From positions 3,844,001 through 3,908,000 of the forward strand of contig NC_043001.1 in the NCBI RefSeq assembly GCF_006345805.1: a stretch of 64,000 bases of DNA. Reading direction: 5' to 3'. This DNA is from Octopus sinensis. Taxonomy: Eukaryota. Positions within the stretch are counted from its first letter, which is position 1; each line of letters opens with the position of its first letter. Made by a program: the position numbers and the translations under genes. The notes under the pieces are model-generated. The model did not search any database. It saw only the letters and a list, made by a program, of their open reading frames with translations, and had not been told where the DNA came from. Positions 12,250 to 26,681 of the stretch are shown in pieces.

Positions 12250-13260
12250 GCATTTTGTGAGTCTGCCCTTTGGCTTTGATGTTTGATACAATGCTTGCAC
12301 TAGATGTTCCTTATTCATTCTGAGCATCACTTGGAAATTGTTGGTCTTCAGCAAAGCTATGGCACTGAAATGATGTAATTAGTTCCCCTTTCAAGAACAC
12401 CCGAAATTTAATAGTCAAAGGAATTTAAATCTTTTGAGCTTGACATCCACCATTTTGTTTTTATATGATAATTAAAAGTGTCTGACGACAATTCTTGGGA
12501 TACGTGATAGTCATGAGAAGCTGCCGAGTCATATTGAAACACGCCTTCAGCATCGAACGTCCACCATCGGGAGTTTAACAACTGTTTCTAGTATTTCACA
12601 TTATCTAGCAAACTTAATTTCAAAAGTCTATGGAAAGATCTTATTTGACCTTCATTACTCACCTGTCCTAAATCCATTAGAGTTACTGGAAACTTGGTGT
12701 GTTTCACGCCAGTGGACAGTAAAAGCATCTGCACGTAACGCACTGTTATTTTTCGTGTTCAGCTTTTTGTCTTGGTCGAAGTATTTCTCATGTGTGAAGA
12801 AGCAAATCAAGCTTTGTTACTGGTGACTTTTAATCTTGTTAGGCAATCCCTTGACATAAAACGGTTTTACTGTATCTTTGCAGATATGAAATATCCTGTC
12901 CGCAATATATACAACTTGTATCGAATGTCCTCGTTCCTCGCAGTGGGGATAGTCCACTATGACACCTGAAAGCATTTGGCGATGGGCCTTATTGATCTTC
13001 CGGGAACACCATCATTAATGTTTTGGACCTGCTTGATGAATGGCCGTGTCCTTAACGTGTCCGAAAATTTAGAATGCTTTTTGTTTGTTTTATTTCTCTT
13101 TTCATAAAGTCGAAACATTTCCGCCAGAAGCTTCCAACTCTGTTCGAACATTGATCACAATATACCTGGCAACATCGAAATCTTTGCTAATTTCTAAATC
13201 GTGGTTTCGCACATACGACAACAATGTCTTTGCTTTTTTACAATTATTGTGTTAGCATTT
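12250..13260 (-). mobile_element. maT / DD37D-type Tc1-mariner transposase relic
   Basis: Minus-strand pieces: VRTELEASGGNV, SDTLRTRPFIKQVQ, EDIRYKLY, FFTHEKYFDQDKKLN, KHTKFPVTLMDLGQVSNEG, LETVVK, VFQYDSAASH, WMSSSKDLNSFDY (WPPSSPDLNPLDY). Many lesions. Confidence 0.8.
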
Positions 13261-13887
13261 TATCTCCAGTGAGGAATCGAAGAAGAAATAATAAACTTTT
13301 AATTTATGTGAAAAGAGTAACATACTGATAAATACTTCTTCTCCAATACTCCTAGCTCCGGACTTTGTATATCCGTTTGCCCTAAGTTGAAGTTCTAGAA
13401 ACCCAATTACAGGCTACGTTTTCTGTCGTGGAATGCCAAGATCTGAACTTAAACATTACCGTCCTTTTTAACACCACTGCGCTGAGAGGGCCCAGGTGGA
13501 CGCTGATGCCTAGGGGGTGACGGAGGAGCAGTAGAGAAAAGGGACGCGTTGGGAGCAAGGCAGTAAATTGGGGGACACTATGAATTTATGATATTAGTAT
13601 AGTATTGTATACAGATTATATAATACTATATTAGATAACAAATGGTCCATAGTATATATAACTTAGTAAAATATACAATATTTATTTATACTTAAAAATA
13701 GGGATGGGATGCTGAGGGTATTATGGGGCCTGGTGGAGGGCAGTGACTCGAAGTGTTTGAGAACGTCTGGTATAATGTATATGATACGTGAATTAAGAAA
13801 TGTCTCAAGTAAATTGAAATATATGTTCTTTAACATAGCACGTAAAATATAGACTGTTCTAGCACAATAAATATCTAAATTCCTTTG

Positions 13888-14250
13888 TCAGGTGTGGCTG
13901 CGTGGCAAGATGTGTGCTTCCTAACTACATGGTTCTGGGGTCGCTCCCACTGTGTGAAAACTTGTACTATAGACTTGGGCCGAGCAAAGCCTTATGAGTG
14001 GAATTTTTAGAAGAACATTCCACTTGCGTTGGTCTTTCGATCTCTGTTTTCCCCACCCAAACACATCACTTGATTACGGATGTTGGTGTGTTTACGTTCT
14101 CGTAACTTAGCAGTTCAGCGAAACATCCCGATAGACTGAGTATAAGGCTCTAAAACGTAAGCACTGGTATCGACTTCATTCGATTCAAAAACACTTGGAG
14201 ACGCTGCATCAGCATGACCGCAATCTAATGCCTGAAACAAGGAAAAAATT
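13888..14250 (+). mobile_element. Family-A SINE, diverged
   Basis: ggtgtggctgcgtggcaag...tactatagacttgggccgagcaaagcc...gcatgaccgcaatctaatgcctgaaacaag. Confidence 0.8.
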
Positions 14251-14550
14251 AAAAGATAAAACAACCATACATTTGTTAATCCACAAGAGAAATCTGCACT
14301 AATTAAAGTAGATCGTCAAATATTTATTCCCAGCAATCTTTAAATATAAATAATTTGATATGTCAAATATACATTCTGTAATGAAGCACTTGAAATATGA
14401 AGTAATACTTCAAGTTCACATTAAGAAACATGTTACATACAGAATTTTCTGACAACAAATCATTAACTCTGTTCCGGCATAAAGTATAGAAATTAATGGG
14501 TGAAATGTGCAATGTATTATAAATCGCATCTTAAATATGCTGTAGCACTC

Positions 14551-14707
14551 GTCTGTCTTTACGTTCTGAGTTCAAATTCCGCCGAGGGCGAAGTTACCTT
14601 TCAACCTTTGCGGTCGATAAATTTTTTACCAGTTTCGTACTGGGGACGATTTAATGCACCGGCCACTTCCCAAAAATGTCGGGCCTTTTACCTAGAGTAC
14701 AAGAGGT
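14551..14707 (+). mobile_element. Family-B SINE, 5'-truncated
   Basis: ttacgttctgagttcaaattccgccgag...cccaaaaatgtcgggcctttacctagagta. Confidence 0.8.
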
Positions 14708-14875
14708 TATATACATTATAGCATACAAAATATTACATCACGGCTCATTCTTTAACAGATTATAGCAAAAATGCAGGATTTCATATGATTTAATATACAT
14801 GCATATACACATGCATGTAAACATATACATACGTACATATGCACATACACAAACACACTGTCACACACACATGCA

Positions 14876-14911
<36 letters not shown>

Positions 14912-15077
14912 GCAGTGATACCTAGGCACATCAGCACTTTTATCTGAAGATAACGGATTGTATGTGATGATTCAATCTCAGAATACATCAATAAATCTCT
15001 ACTGAAATACTTGTTGGGAATTCAAACTCCATTAGCTTTCTCATTGTACGTACATACATACATATATATATATGTGT

Positions 15078-15141
<64 letters not shown>

Positions 15142-15276
15142 GTGTATGTGTGTGAGCGGACAAACGAAAGAAACGGCACTCTACACATTATTACAAGTTA
15201 CATATATTATTCGAAGCTGTTACATTCGCATTTCTTGCTGGCCCCTAGTTGAACCTGGCTACTCACGCTCATAGAA

Positions 15277-15442
15277 TACATACATACATAAATACATACA
15301 TACATACATACATACATACATAAATACATACATACATACATACATACATACATACATACATACATACATAAATACATACATACATACATACATAAATACA
15401 TACATACATACATACATACATACATACATACATACATACATA

Positions 15443-15509
<67 letters not shown>

Positions 15510-15525
15510 CAAGTATGTATGTATG
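15277..15525. repeat. (TACA)n-(TA)n microsatellite
   Basis: Directly visible. Confidence 0.95.
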
Positions 15526-15539
15526 TGTATACACTGTAA

Positions 15540-15790
15540 CAGGCCCTGTCCTATTTACCATTGTCACGAAACAGATCGAAGAGGGAACGGGTCTCATCAC
15601 TTTGAAACATAATCTGGACAAATTTCTTTAAGGAGTACCAGATAAGCCACCTATACCTGCATATAACTCATTCAACAAGAGAGCCCTTCTAGAATCGACC
15701 AGGATGCCACAAAGCTTAGCAAAGATTTAGCTAATCCTATCAGGTGTTCCCATTAAGTTGGGCATTGCATGGACCTAAAAACCATCCCAG
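15540..15790 (+). mobile_element. 3' end of a CR1/L2-like LINE
   Basis: Translation [35 protein letters not shown] resembles the GPxLFNxLP...FKxxLDxFLxxxPDxP end of CR1-group ORF2. Confidence 0.55.
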
Positions 15791-15865
15791 TAAGCGCATA
15801 TGAATTTTTGTTTACAAAAACAACACTACAAACCAACTATATTTCTTAAATCTGACAGAGGGAAC

Positions 15866-16082
15866 CAGGTTGAACATTTGTGTAACGGTAAAACATTTGG
15901 TCCCGGAAACAAAGAGGTGTGGGTTCGAGTCCCAGGCGTATGGGAAAACCTACTTTTTTCTGCTTATATGCCCAATTATTCGAATATTTTCTGTAGTCAT
16001 TGCGCGATGAGCGCTTATAAGCATAAAGCTTATATAATACTAATATTATTAGTTACAGAATTGTAAAAATCGACGCTGCTTA
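15866..16082 (+). mobile_element. Family-E tRNA-derived SINE
   Basis: B-box ggttcgagtccc; homologous to 9786-10012. Confidence 0.75.
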
Positions 16083-16149
16083 TCTAGGACCATCGCACAC
16101 ACACACACACACATATATATACTCAGAGTAACAGATTTTGTTGAATTTT

Positions 16150-16222
16150 CTGCTGCTTTAAATAAAGTATATATACATGTATATATATATATATATATGC
16201 AATATATATGTATATATATATA

Positions 16223-16302
<80 letters not shown>

Positions 16303-16315
16303 TATATATATGTAT

Positions 16316-16362
<47 letters not shown>

Positions 16363-16795
16363 TATATATACATACATACATATATCCGAAGAATGCAACA
16401 AGAACGCAAAAGTTGATATGAAACATCCGGACAGATACATGATAGACGGACGAGAACAAAGAAGGACGTGTCATTCGCAACAATCTCAGCAGTTTCGGTC
16501 ATTTACTCTTGAATTAGAAAACAATGAGATCCAATGGACACAAATTAATTTATTAATTAATCAAAAATTTAAACAAAACAGATAAGATCAAAATTACAAA
16601 ACATATGTAAAAGCATGATTTTGTAGTTTAGATTCCTTATATGGAAAATCATGAAAGATTTCAGAGGACAGTAAAGATTACAGTAGGATGCTTTTTGGAA
16701 TGAACAGACTATATAAACTCGTTGCTAGTTGTGTATATAAGCGTGTTGCGTGCTGTGTTTTTTCTCTTTTTTTCTGTGTTTTCTTGTTTGGATTA

Positions 16796-16871
<76 letters not shown>

Positions 16872-17228
16872 ATATGCATATGTGTGTGTGTGTGTGTGTA
16901 TCAGTATGTGTGTGAGTATAATGTATGCTTGACATTTCACATTAAAGAATCCATGCATTTATAACATAAAATGGTATTATAGATTCTGTCATATAACTCA
17001 GACATATTTTATTACCTGACTTATCGCTTATACATAACACCGTCAGGCACGCATTATTTAACACCGAACGCAGATATAAAATATATAAAACGGCATGAAT
17101 AATATATATTAAAAAAAAAATGATGTCACATCGCATCTTATATTCACCCACTATCTTACTGTTATAAATATATATCTAAATCTCTCCCTCCCTCTCTTTC
17201 TTCCCGTATATATATATATATATATATA

Positions 17229-17272
<44 letters not shown>

Positions 17273-17910
17273 TATATATATATATTAATAATATATTACA
17301 TGTGTTTGTATATATGAAGATATATAAGACATATGTGTATATATGTATATATATATATATGTATGTATTTAGATATGTATTTACATGTGTCTGTCTGTAT
17401 GAGTGTATGCGTATATATATGCACTTATGTGTGCGTCGTGCATGTGTGCTTCTGTGTATTTCTCTACTAACAGATTTATTTTATAACATGTCGGAAATGA
17501 ATGGAAATATTGATGTTTGAGATCTGTGGTCTATGACAGAATGTCATACGTTTGCCCTCATTTCAAAACGTTCAGATATGTTCCTTAACATTTTTTTTTC
17601 ATTTATAAAATACCAATTTTGTCTATATTTTAGTATTAAAAATCACTTGGTTGCATTTCTTATGCATTTAAATTATGTATACTTTTGTAATTTTGATTTT
17701 GATTTTCATTATAGAATTGCTGTTATGAGAATACGAAAATGTCATATGTTCAACATGATATCTAAAGTAGTAGCGGTAGTAGTGGTGGCAGTAGTATTAG
17801 TAGTAGTAGTAGCAGAAGCAGCAGCAGCAGCAGTAGCAGTAGCAATATTTGTAAGGTACATAACTGATTTAATATTTAATTTTGTTTTTTCTATTATAAG
17901 CAGCTTAAAG

Positions 17911-17946
<36 letters not shown>

Positions 17947-18250
17947 CAGATATGTATGTATAGTATATACATATATATGTAATATATATATATATATAAT
18001 ATATATATATATATAGACATATGCATAATATATACGTATGTATATGTATATACATATGTACATGTATATATGTATAAATGTATATATATAATATATATAT
18101 ATTTACAAATATATTTCTTTATGTACTATACATACATGCAGATATATGTGCCTTTGATGTACTATAAATAATTAAATATATGTATATATATGAGATTATA
18201 CATATATATGCATATATATGTATATGTATACATACAAGCAAACATACGGG

Positions 18251-18283
<33 letters not shown>

Positions 18284-18758
18284 ATATATGTATGCAAATG
18301 TATATGTGCGTATGTATGCTGCACGCATATCCGCGTGCTTGTAAATACGATTATGTTTTATGTGCTATTACTGGTACTCTGAGGTGTATACATATATTTG
18401 TTTTGTCTTCGTTGAAACTATCACAACTGTCAGAATAGCTGACATAAATATACTGATGTCAGAAGATGAATGGGCTGATTTCGCTTACAAAGAAACAGCG
18501 TTTAAAATAAAGACTAGATTCTGATACATAGACACAGAAAAAAATAATATACATGCATATGTATGTGTATATATTGTACGGATATGTATTTAGAGATGGT
18601 GATGTGTAGTATGTATAATGCCGCAGAAACGTTGGAGCGAGCATGCGTTTATATAATTATTATTTATAGAAGCGTAACTATGTATTTCTGCTGAACAAAT
18701 GCGTAAATCCACATACAGACACATACAAATATATACGTATATATATACACACACACAC

Positions 18759-18836
<78 letters not shown>

Positions 18837-19367
18837 TATATCTATATATACAATATATATCTATATATATATATAATATATACATATATATATATATATG
18901 TATATATATACATACATATATCATATATTATATATATATATATATATGCACATACACACACACTCACACATATGACAGCCACACACACTCATATGTGTGA
19001 GTGTGTTGGTGGCTGTTGTTTTTTGTATGTTGATGCGAAGGAATACAAATATATGTATGTAGACATATGTATACACAGAAATATATGTACATTTGTATAT
19101 ATTTGTTCCCGAAAAGTTGGCAACGGAATGTGATGTGCGCATTGACTGTGAGTGTATGTGTAGAATGGCGTACACATCGATACACTCGCGTATACAGAGC
19201 ATAGATAAAGAGACAGATAAATGACAAGCAGATTGACAGTTATGCAGACTGGAAGGCCATCACGCAGATTGATAGAAGAGAAACACGCGAAGAGTCGATG
19301 GTGTACCGCAATGGTGGCAGAACGGGAGGAATAATGTTACAGAGGTTCTGAATAGATGATGATATAA

Positions 19368-19436
<69 letters not shown>

Positions 19437-19600
19437 ATTATATATATATATATATATAATGTATATGTATATAATATATGTGTGTGTGTGTGTATGTGTA
19501 TATATATATGTGTATATATATATATATACACACATATATATATATATATACATATATATATACATATATATATCTATATATATACATAATATATTATATA

Positions 19601-19694
<94 letters not shown>

Positions 19695-19720
19695 ATATAT
19701 ATATATTATATTATATACCT
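16150..19720. repeat. Dense field of (TA)n, (TG)n and (GCA/GTA)n simple repeats
   Basis: Directly visible; the longest TA field is about 19370-19720. The YIYI/CVCV ORFs are artefacts. Confidence 0.9.
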
Positions 19721-20691
19721 ATATATGCGTATACAATACACGCTCTCATACGTGTATGCGCACTTTAAGCGAGAGGGGAATATTGTGTATGTCTTTGCCT
19801 GTCTCTGTTTGTGTGTACGTGCATTCGTTTATATGCCGGCGTGTGTGTACTTTTGCATTCGTTTGTGTCCATTGGGAAGCGAGAAGCTAAAGAAGGTACG
19901 CTATAGATAGATTAAGGGACAGAGAAAGATTTGTCAAGATAAAAAAACTCAATGATCGGACAAGTATTATCTGATGGACAAAAATATATCTGTTCGAGAA
20001 CGAGACCAATAACTCTAACAATGCTAATATTATCGTAACGATATAAATAGACAGCTACATATATAAGGAAATAAATTAACTACCCAAGAAAATAAATAAA
20101 AATATATACAAATATTACAATACATTGAGCAGATTAAATTAAATAATCCATATCTTTCCCCAAAAAGTAGTTTATATATGTATTTAAAATTGGGATTTAA
20201 TAGGTTTTTGTAAGAACAATTTCTATATTGGTATATTCTGTGTTATTTAAATTTATCTCTGTACTTAATAGGAATTGGAGTGCAGTTTTTCTGTAATTTT
20301 CTTCGCGAAATACTTATATTTTTAAAGGGTTTCGTTTTACGTTTTATTTACACACGAACGCACTAGGATATATTCTCAGTAAACAATTGCACACACGTAT
20401 CCGTGAGTAATAAACATATACACATATTTGCACGTAGCATTTCACATACACACACATATACACATATACATGTAATTACAATTATACACAAGCAAGATAA
20501 CCTGAATATACGCATGTATATATCCGCTGCGATGGTGTATATGTAGACCGACAACCAATAATTTCATGCATATTACTTATCATGTGTTATGTTTGAAACT
20601 ATAGGACTTTGAGCTAACGATATGTATTTTCAACCTACATACAAACATTTCTATAGTGTGTGTTTTTGTTTGTGCTAAATATTTAGATATT

Positions 20692-21003
20692 AGGAACGTT
20701 GTTCCTTCTCGAGCCACGCCTGGCTCTTAGGGCCGTTTTCCCGGTTTCCTAGGTTATTAAGTTCCCCACATGGACGGGATACCGGTCCGTCGCAGGTGAG
20801 CTGCTAGATGCAGGAGGAAAGAGTAAGAGAAAGCTTTGGCGAAAGAGTCAGCAGAAGTTCGCCATTACCATCTATCAGGGCCGCGTGGAGCTAAGGTGTT
20901 TCGCTCAAAAACACACACATCACCCGGTCTGAGATTCGAACCCACGATCCTTCGACCGCGCTGCGAGTCCGTTGCTCTAACCACTAGGCCATGTGCCTCC
21001 ACA
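20692..21003 (-). mobile_element. Family-C SINE with V-domain-like tail
   Basis: tRNA-like head gtggaggcacatggcctagtggttagagc...gggttcgaatc; tail cctgcgacggaccggtatcccgtcca...ggaaaccggg; flanking TTTAGATAT at 20682-20690 and 21008-21016. Confidence 0.8.
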
Positions 21004-21046
21004 ATTTTTTAGATATACACATATATAAATATATATATATCCATAC

Positions 21047-21883
21047 ACTAGCTGGCGTACCCGGTAATTCCCGGGAAAGTTTGGCTTATCCCTTGGTTCT
21101 GTTCTCATAATTGTCTCACTAATCTAATAACAGCAATATAAAGTATGTAGCCCTTAAAACGTTTTTTGTGCATTTACAAAGAATACCGAACTGTCTTACA
21201 CAAGATCTTGTTTTTAGAAATTCCCAATAATTTATGAATACCCAAATAGTGAAATCATTGAAATTAGTTACCCGATAGTTAGAATTCAAATAATATAGCC
21301 CCGGAAAGGGATTTAATGCATTCCCTGAGTATATAGAACTTAGGAGGAAATACTAATAAGGTGTGTATAATAAACTCGTGAAGCATGTTACGTAATAACA
21401 GGCTAATCAGATATGAGATAATAACAATTGAAAGTAAATAACTCTGAGAGGTGTTTTTGTGTGATCCAAGAGAATATTACCCTCAGCGATGCTAGTAATG
21501 GTATATTCGTGAAATAACCGATATAAGTGGATCTATTAATTAGGAAAATACTACGTACGTGTTAAAGTGTTGTACTGGATAAATTGAAAAAATAACTAAC
21601 AGTTCAAATACTAAGAAATAAGCATATTCAATTTGATTTGTACCAAATGATTTAGGAAAATGAATGGGTCGTTTCCCTTGGCTATTAATATGAAATATAT
21701 TAGATATATAAAAGGATCACTTCCGGGGGAACTATTATCAATCTTCCCAACAATCTGAGTATGCCAAGATGTTTCTAGACATGGGTTCTAATCATGTGTC
21801 AATTTTCAACAAAATCGACAAAATGATGTAGAAAGATTTAGCTAAGAACTCCACAGACAGAATTTCCCACATATGTAGTAGAT
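21047..21883 (+). mobile_element. Non-autonomous Helitron/Helentron-like element
   Basis: Starts actagctggcgtacccggtaattcccggg (subterminal hairpin) and ends acagacagaatttcccacatatgtagtagat, termini resembling non-autonomous rolling-circle elements; AT-rich interior. Confidence 0.5.
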
Positions 21884-22176
21884 ACATACATACAGGCATA
21901 CATACATACATACAGGCATACTTACATACATATGTAATTATAACATACATTCACACACACACGCATGTTCATACATATATTCGAAGAGGACCGGCCACAG
22001 CGTTCACCTCATTCTTGGCTCCACACTCACGTTTTGACAACTATTGGCGCCTCTGCCCATCCAAATTTCGACGGGGGAGTCACAGTTGATCTTGTCACTG
22101 ACAACGCATATATTGTCACCTACAGACTACACACAAAAACGTAGTTTTATGTATATAAATATGTATGTATATATAT

Positions 22177-22294
<118 letters not shown>

Positions 22295-22299
22295 ATATA

Positions 22300-22695
22300 G
22301 GCGCAGGAGTGGCTGTGGGGTAAGTAGCTTGCTAACCAACAACATGGTTCCGGGTTCTCTCCCACTGCGTGGCATCTTGGGCAAGTGTCTTCTGCTATAG
22401 CCAGGGCCGACCAATGCCTTGTGAGTGGATTTGGTAGACGGAAACTGAAAGAAGCCTGTCGTATATATGTATATATATATATGTGTATGTGTGTGTGTTT
22501 GTCCCCCTAGCATTGCTTGACAATCGATGCTGGTGTGTTTACGTTCCCGTCACTTAGCTGTCCGGCAAAAAAGACTAATAGAATAAGTACTGGGCTTACA
22601 AAGAATAAGTCCCGGGGTCGATTTGCTCGACTAAAAGGCGGTGCTCCAGCATGGCCGCAGTCAAATGACTGAAACAAGTAAAAGAGTAAAAGAGT
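22300..22695 (+). mobile_element. Family-A SINE, full length and well preserved
   Basis: ggcgcaggagtggctgtggggtaagtagc (A box), ccgggttctctccc (B box), cttgggcaagtgtcttc, tail gaaacaagtaaaagagtaaaagag; sits in a (TA)n tract. Confidence 0.92.
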
Positions 22696-23822
22696 ATATA
22701 TATATATTATATATATATCCGTAATAATGAAGGGTGAAATTAATTAATTTGGAATAATTATCAATTACCTGTTTGTGTCTGCCTTCCAATTGCTGTTTTT
22801 ACTGAGATCTCCCTTTTTAGTAGAAGAAATAGCTATAACTCTTTGACTGCTATTTCTAAATTCGGTATGTGGTAAGGCAATTCGTTGCTAAACCCTTTAT
22901 TGCTTAGTATATATATATATATATATATATTCATATATAATATATATATATGTACTTATGTATATCACATACGTGGCCCATTCATACAGTAATGTAAAGC
23001 TTTTGGGAAAATATATGAAGAACGAAACCTCTAAAATAATACGATGCGTAGTAAAAAGTAAACAATTTTACCAATTCCTAATGAATTTCGTCTATATTTA
23101 TTTGTAGGCACGTAGGTTTGTGTGCGTAAATATGTGTACGTCTATCCATCAGTCTCTATTTCTATCAATCTATATATTCCTCTCCCCCCCCTCTGTGTGT
23201 ATATATATTTTTTTTTCTACTTTTTTACATGTCACCGTTATTTCGTAGCAACTTACTTGGTGAAACCAAGTCTACAGTTGAAGTGTTACAACTTGGAACA
23301 GCTAATAAATGATGACCAGAAGGGGAATGGTACCGTTAATGTACATCGTAAGGAAAAGTGATAATGAAAGAAGCTGCACAGAGAAGTGAAATAGAAACAG
23401 TTCTTAGAAATGTAGAGACATGATTGGAGGTTGAAAAGAACGTTTGTGGCAGTGAAAGGAGAAATGGTTGGTTAGAAGTCGCTTAATAAAATGGATGTAC
23501 TAATAAAAAACCTTTTGTAGAGGTTAGCATATGTTGGTGGAAGTGCATGGCTGATTGAGGTGACGAGGGATGAAATGCTAAATAATGAAAGCTTGAAGAA
23601 GGAAATGACAGGTTATGGCTGAGTGCAGGGCTCAATATAACCCGTCCCCCCACAGAAACAGAGAGTTCCAGACTCCTGTTTTCTTGTGTGCGTGTGTATG
23701 TGTGTGAGTGTGTGAGTGTGTGTGTGTGTGAGTGTGTGTGTGTGTGTATGTGTGTGAGTGTGTGAGTGTGTGAGTGTGTGTACGAGGCTAGAATATTAAT
23801 AAATATATTTTATATTTTTCTT

Positions 23823-24229
23823 GTTGCAGCCATGTTAGGTTGATGGCTTCAAGTGTTTTCGTCGAGCAAATCGACAGCAGGACTTATTTTTGCAAGCATA
23901 GTACTTATTCTATCGGTCTCTTTTGTGGCACAACTAATTTACGTAGACGTAAACACACCACCACCGGTTGTCAAGCTGTGGTGCGGACAATAACAAATAC
24001 AAAAACGCAAACACGTAGATATACACACGCACACACAAACACACGCATATATATACATGCATTCTTATACACACATATGACGGGCATCATTCAGTTTCCG
24101 TCTATCAAATCCACTAATAACGATTTAGTCCTTCGGAAATGATAGTAGAAGAGACTTGCCCAGTGTGCCACAAAATGGCACTGAAGAAGGGACCGTGTGG
24201 TTAGGAAGCAATCTTATCCCACAGCCATG
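23823..24229 (-). mobile_element. Family-A SINE, diverged
   Basis: Reverse complement aligns with the copy at 22300. Confidence 0.8.
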
Positions 24230-24525
24230 ACTGGTATGAAAGGATGGCTAAGTAAGTACATGCTGTATTTTGTGACTCATTTTCAACAATACAATTTGAA
24301 ATAGATAAAGCTAATTGTGATAAAGTGAATTGCGTTAAAAGAACCCTTCGATGGTCAGCAGGGAACGATGCCGGTGAGGTTCTTATCTAGAACTGCTGTA
24401 ACCTGACAGGATTTAGAAAGAAAGAATAATGGAATTTTACTTCACAATACATTTATATAAGTAGAGAATACTGTCATATGTAGGACTCGAAATCACGGAC
24501 GGTCTGTGATCTTTTGCATCTACGG

Positions 24526-24783
24526 CAGTGGTCCCTAAAGTGGGAGGTATTGCCCTTCTGGGGCGGTTGTAAGTTCCAACGAGGCATTGAAGAAAAGTGG
24601 GGTGATAATGGGGTAGCGATTAATGTAAAAAGAAGAAAATACCTGGTCAATTATGTTAAGTTTTATTTGCGAATTTGCTTCAGAAAGAGGTCTATGTTTG
24701 TGATGATTAGGTGGGGAGGGTGCACTAGGAATGTGGCCTGGATGCCAAAGGGGCGGCTGCCCGAAAAAGTTTGGAAACCACTG
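24526..24783. mobile_element. hAT (Charlie-like) MITE
   Basis: Termini CAGTGGTCCCTAAAG...AAGTTTGGAAACCACTG; 8-bp flanks atctacgg / agctaagg (6 of 8 identical, a decayed TSD). Confidence 0.75.
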
Positions 24784-24839
24784 AGCTAAGGGTATTTTCC
24801 CATCAATATACTGCTCTGTAATATTGATTCTGTTCCTAT

Positions 24840-25045
24840 GGTGACTAGCTGGCAGAATCGCTACGCCGCCGGACAAAATACTTAACAACATTTCAATTCG
24901 GAATTACAGTTCAACCGAGGCAGACTTTCACTTCATCCTTTCGAGATCGATAAAATAAGTACCAGTTGAGTACTGCAGTCGATCCCATCCATATACCGCA
25001 CCATGAGGAAATCTCTGGCCTTGTGCCAAATATTTGAAATCAATA
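24840..25045 (+). mobile_element. Family-B SINE, diverged
   Basis: gtgactagctggcagaatcg...cctttcgagatcgataaaataagtaccagttgagtact. Confidence 0.75.
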
Positions 25046-25112
25046 TTTACTTTGTTCCATGATTAACAAAGATTTATTTCAAATTTTTCGAAGTTTCTAA
25101 ATCCTTATCACA

Positions 25113-25270
25113 TAGGAGTGGCTGTGTGGTAAGTAGGTTGCTTACCAACCACACAGTTCCGGGTTCAGTCGCACTGCGTGGCATCTTGGGCAAGTGTCTT
25201 CTACTATAGCCTCGGGCCGACCAAAGGCTTGTGAGTGGATTTGGTAGACGGAAACTGGAAGAAGCCCGTC

Positions 25271-25272
<2 letters not shown>
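25113..25272 (+). mobile_element. Family-A SINE, 5' half only
   Basis: Matches 22300-22460 and ends in the internal (TA)n tract. Confidence 0.85.
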
Positions 25273-25340
<68 letters not shown>

Positions 25341-25377
25341 ATGTATATATATATATATATATATGTATGTATATATT

Positions 25378-25438
<61 letters not shown>

Positions 25439-25604
25439 GGGAAAGTGAGAGGGGGTACAGGGAGAGTGAGAGAGGGAGAAAGTGAGTGAGAGAGAAACGA
25501 ATTAATCGCTATGTTAGTGTAGAGAGTAGAATAATAGTAATAATGATAATGAGGTTTCTCGGAAGTTTTACCGGAACTGTACCGTAGTTTATTTACACGC
25601 AGGT

Positions 25605-25797
25605 GTAGAATGTCTTCAGATCTTCCAAGGAAATGAAATATAATGGAATGAAATGAAATAAAATATTTACGTCATTATGGTTAGGAATCGATGTAGAACT
25701 TGCGAATACTTGTGCCTCAACCATTTAACGTTTGTTTGTTTTCATTCCATTTCATTTCATTTTCTTTGGAAATTTTCAAGAGTCTCTGCATTTCTAT
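25605..25797. repeat. Imperfect inverted repeat containing (GAAAT)n/(ATTTC)n
   Basis: tagaatg..ttccaaggaaatgaaat..ggaatgaaa..acgt..atggtt is mirrored by aaccat..acgt..tttcattccatttcatttc..ttggaa..catttcta. Confidence 0.6.
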
Positions 25798-25888
25798 ATA
25801 ATAAAGTCTGGAGCAATTGCTTCATTGCATCTGACTAACCTTATTATTATGACAAATATATATATTGGCGGGAGAGAGATAGAGATAG

Positions 25889-25951
<63 letters not shown>

Positions 25952-26269
25952 CAGAGACAGAGAGAGATAGGGATGGATAGATAGAGAAGAGAGAAAAAGA
26001 AAGAGAGAGTGAGAGAGATTCTCAGCGAAAGATGATAGAGTTAGGATTGGTTGTATAAATAAAAACACATACAGGCAAACAGATTCCTATCGGCAATTCT
26101 GGATGGAGAGAGATCTCTCTAATTATGTGTACCAAATGTAATCATAGAATATTCTGTAAGAACATACGTATGATGTGCGAATCGTGAGTTCCTGCAACTG
26201 GGAATATCTGACTGCGTATGGAAGAAGCTTTCCTGTTGGTATAAAACAAAAACCAACTATGAAAATATA

Positions 26270-26681
26270 CTTTTCTACTCTAGGCACAAAGCCCGAGATT
26301 TTGGGGGAGGGGGCCCAGTTGATTAGATCGACCCCAGTACAAAACTGGTACTTAATTTATTGAACCTGAAAGGATGAAATGCAACGTCGACCTCGGCGGA
26401 ATTTGAACACAGAACGTAAAGTCTCTTCGGCTGGCGTGTTAACGTTTCTTATTTCTTTACTGCCGACGAGAGGCTAAACACAGAGGGAACATACAAGGCA
26501 GACAAACGGATTAAGTCGATTACATCGACCCCAGTACGTAACTGGTACTTGATTTATCGACCCCGAAAGGATGAAAGGCAAAGTCGACCTCGGCAGAATT
26601 TGAACTCAGAATGTAGCGGCAGACGAAATACCGCTAAGCATTTCGCCCAGCGCGCTAACGGTTCAGCCAGCTCGGCGCCTT
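26270..26681 (-). mobile_element. Dimeric family-B SINE with 17-bp TSD
   Basis: Two family-B bodies in tandem, the second lacking its first bases; CCAACTATGAAAATATA at 26253-26269 and 26682-26698. Confidence 0.9.

Noticed and set aside
13420-13760. Possible hAT-type MITE (right end gtttgagaacgtctg)
   Set aside because: No matching left terminal repeat or TSD found.
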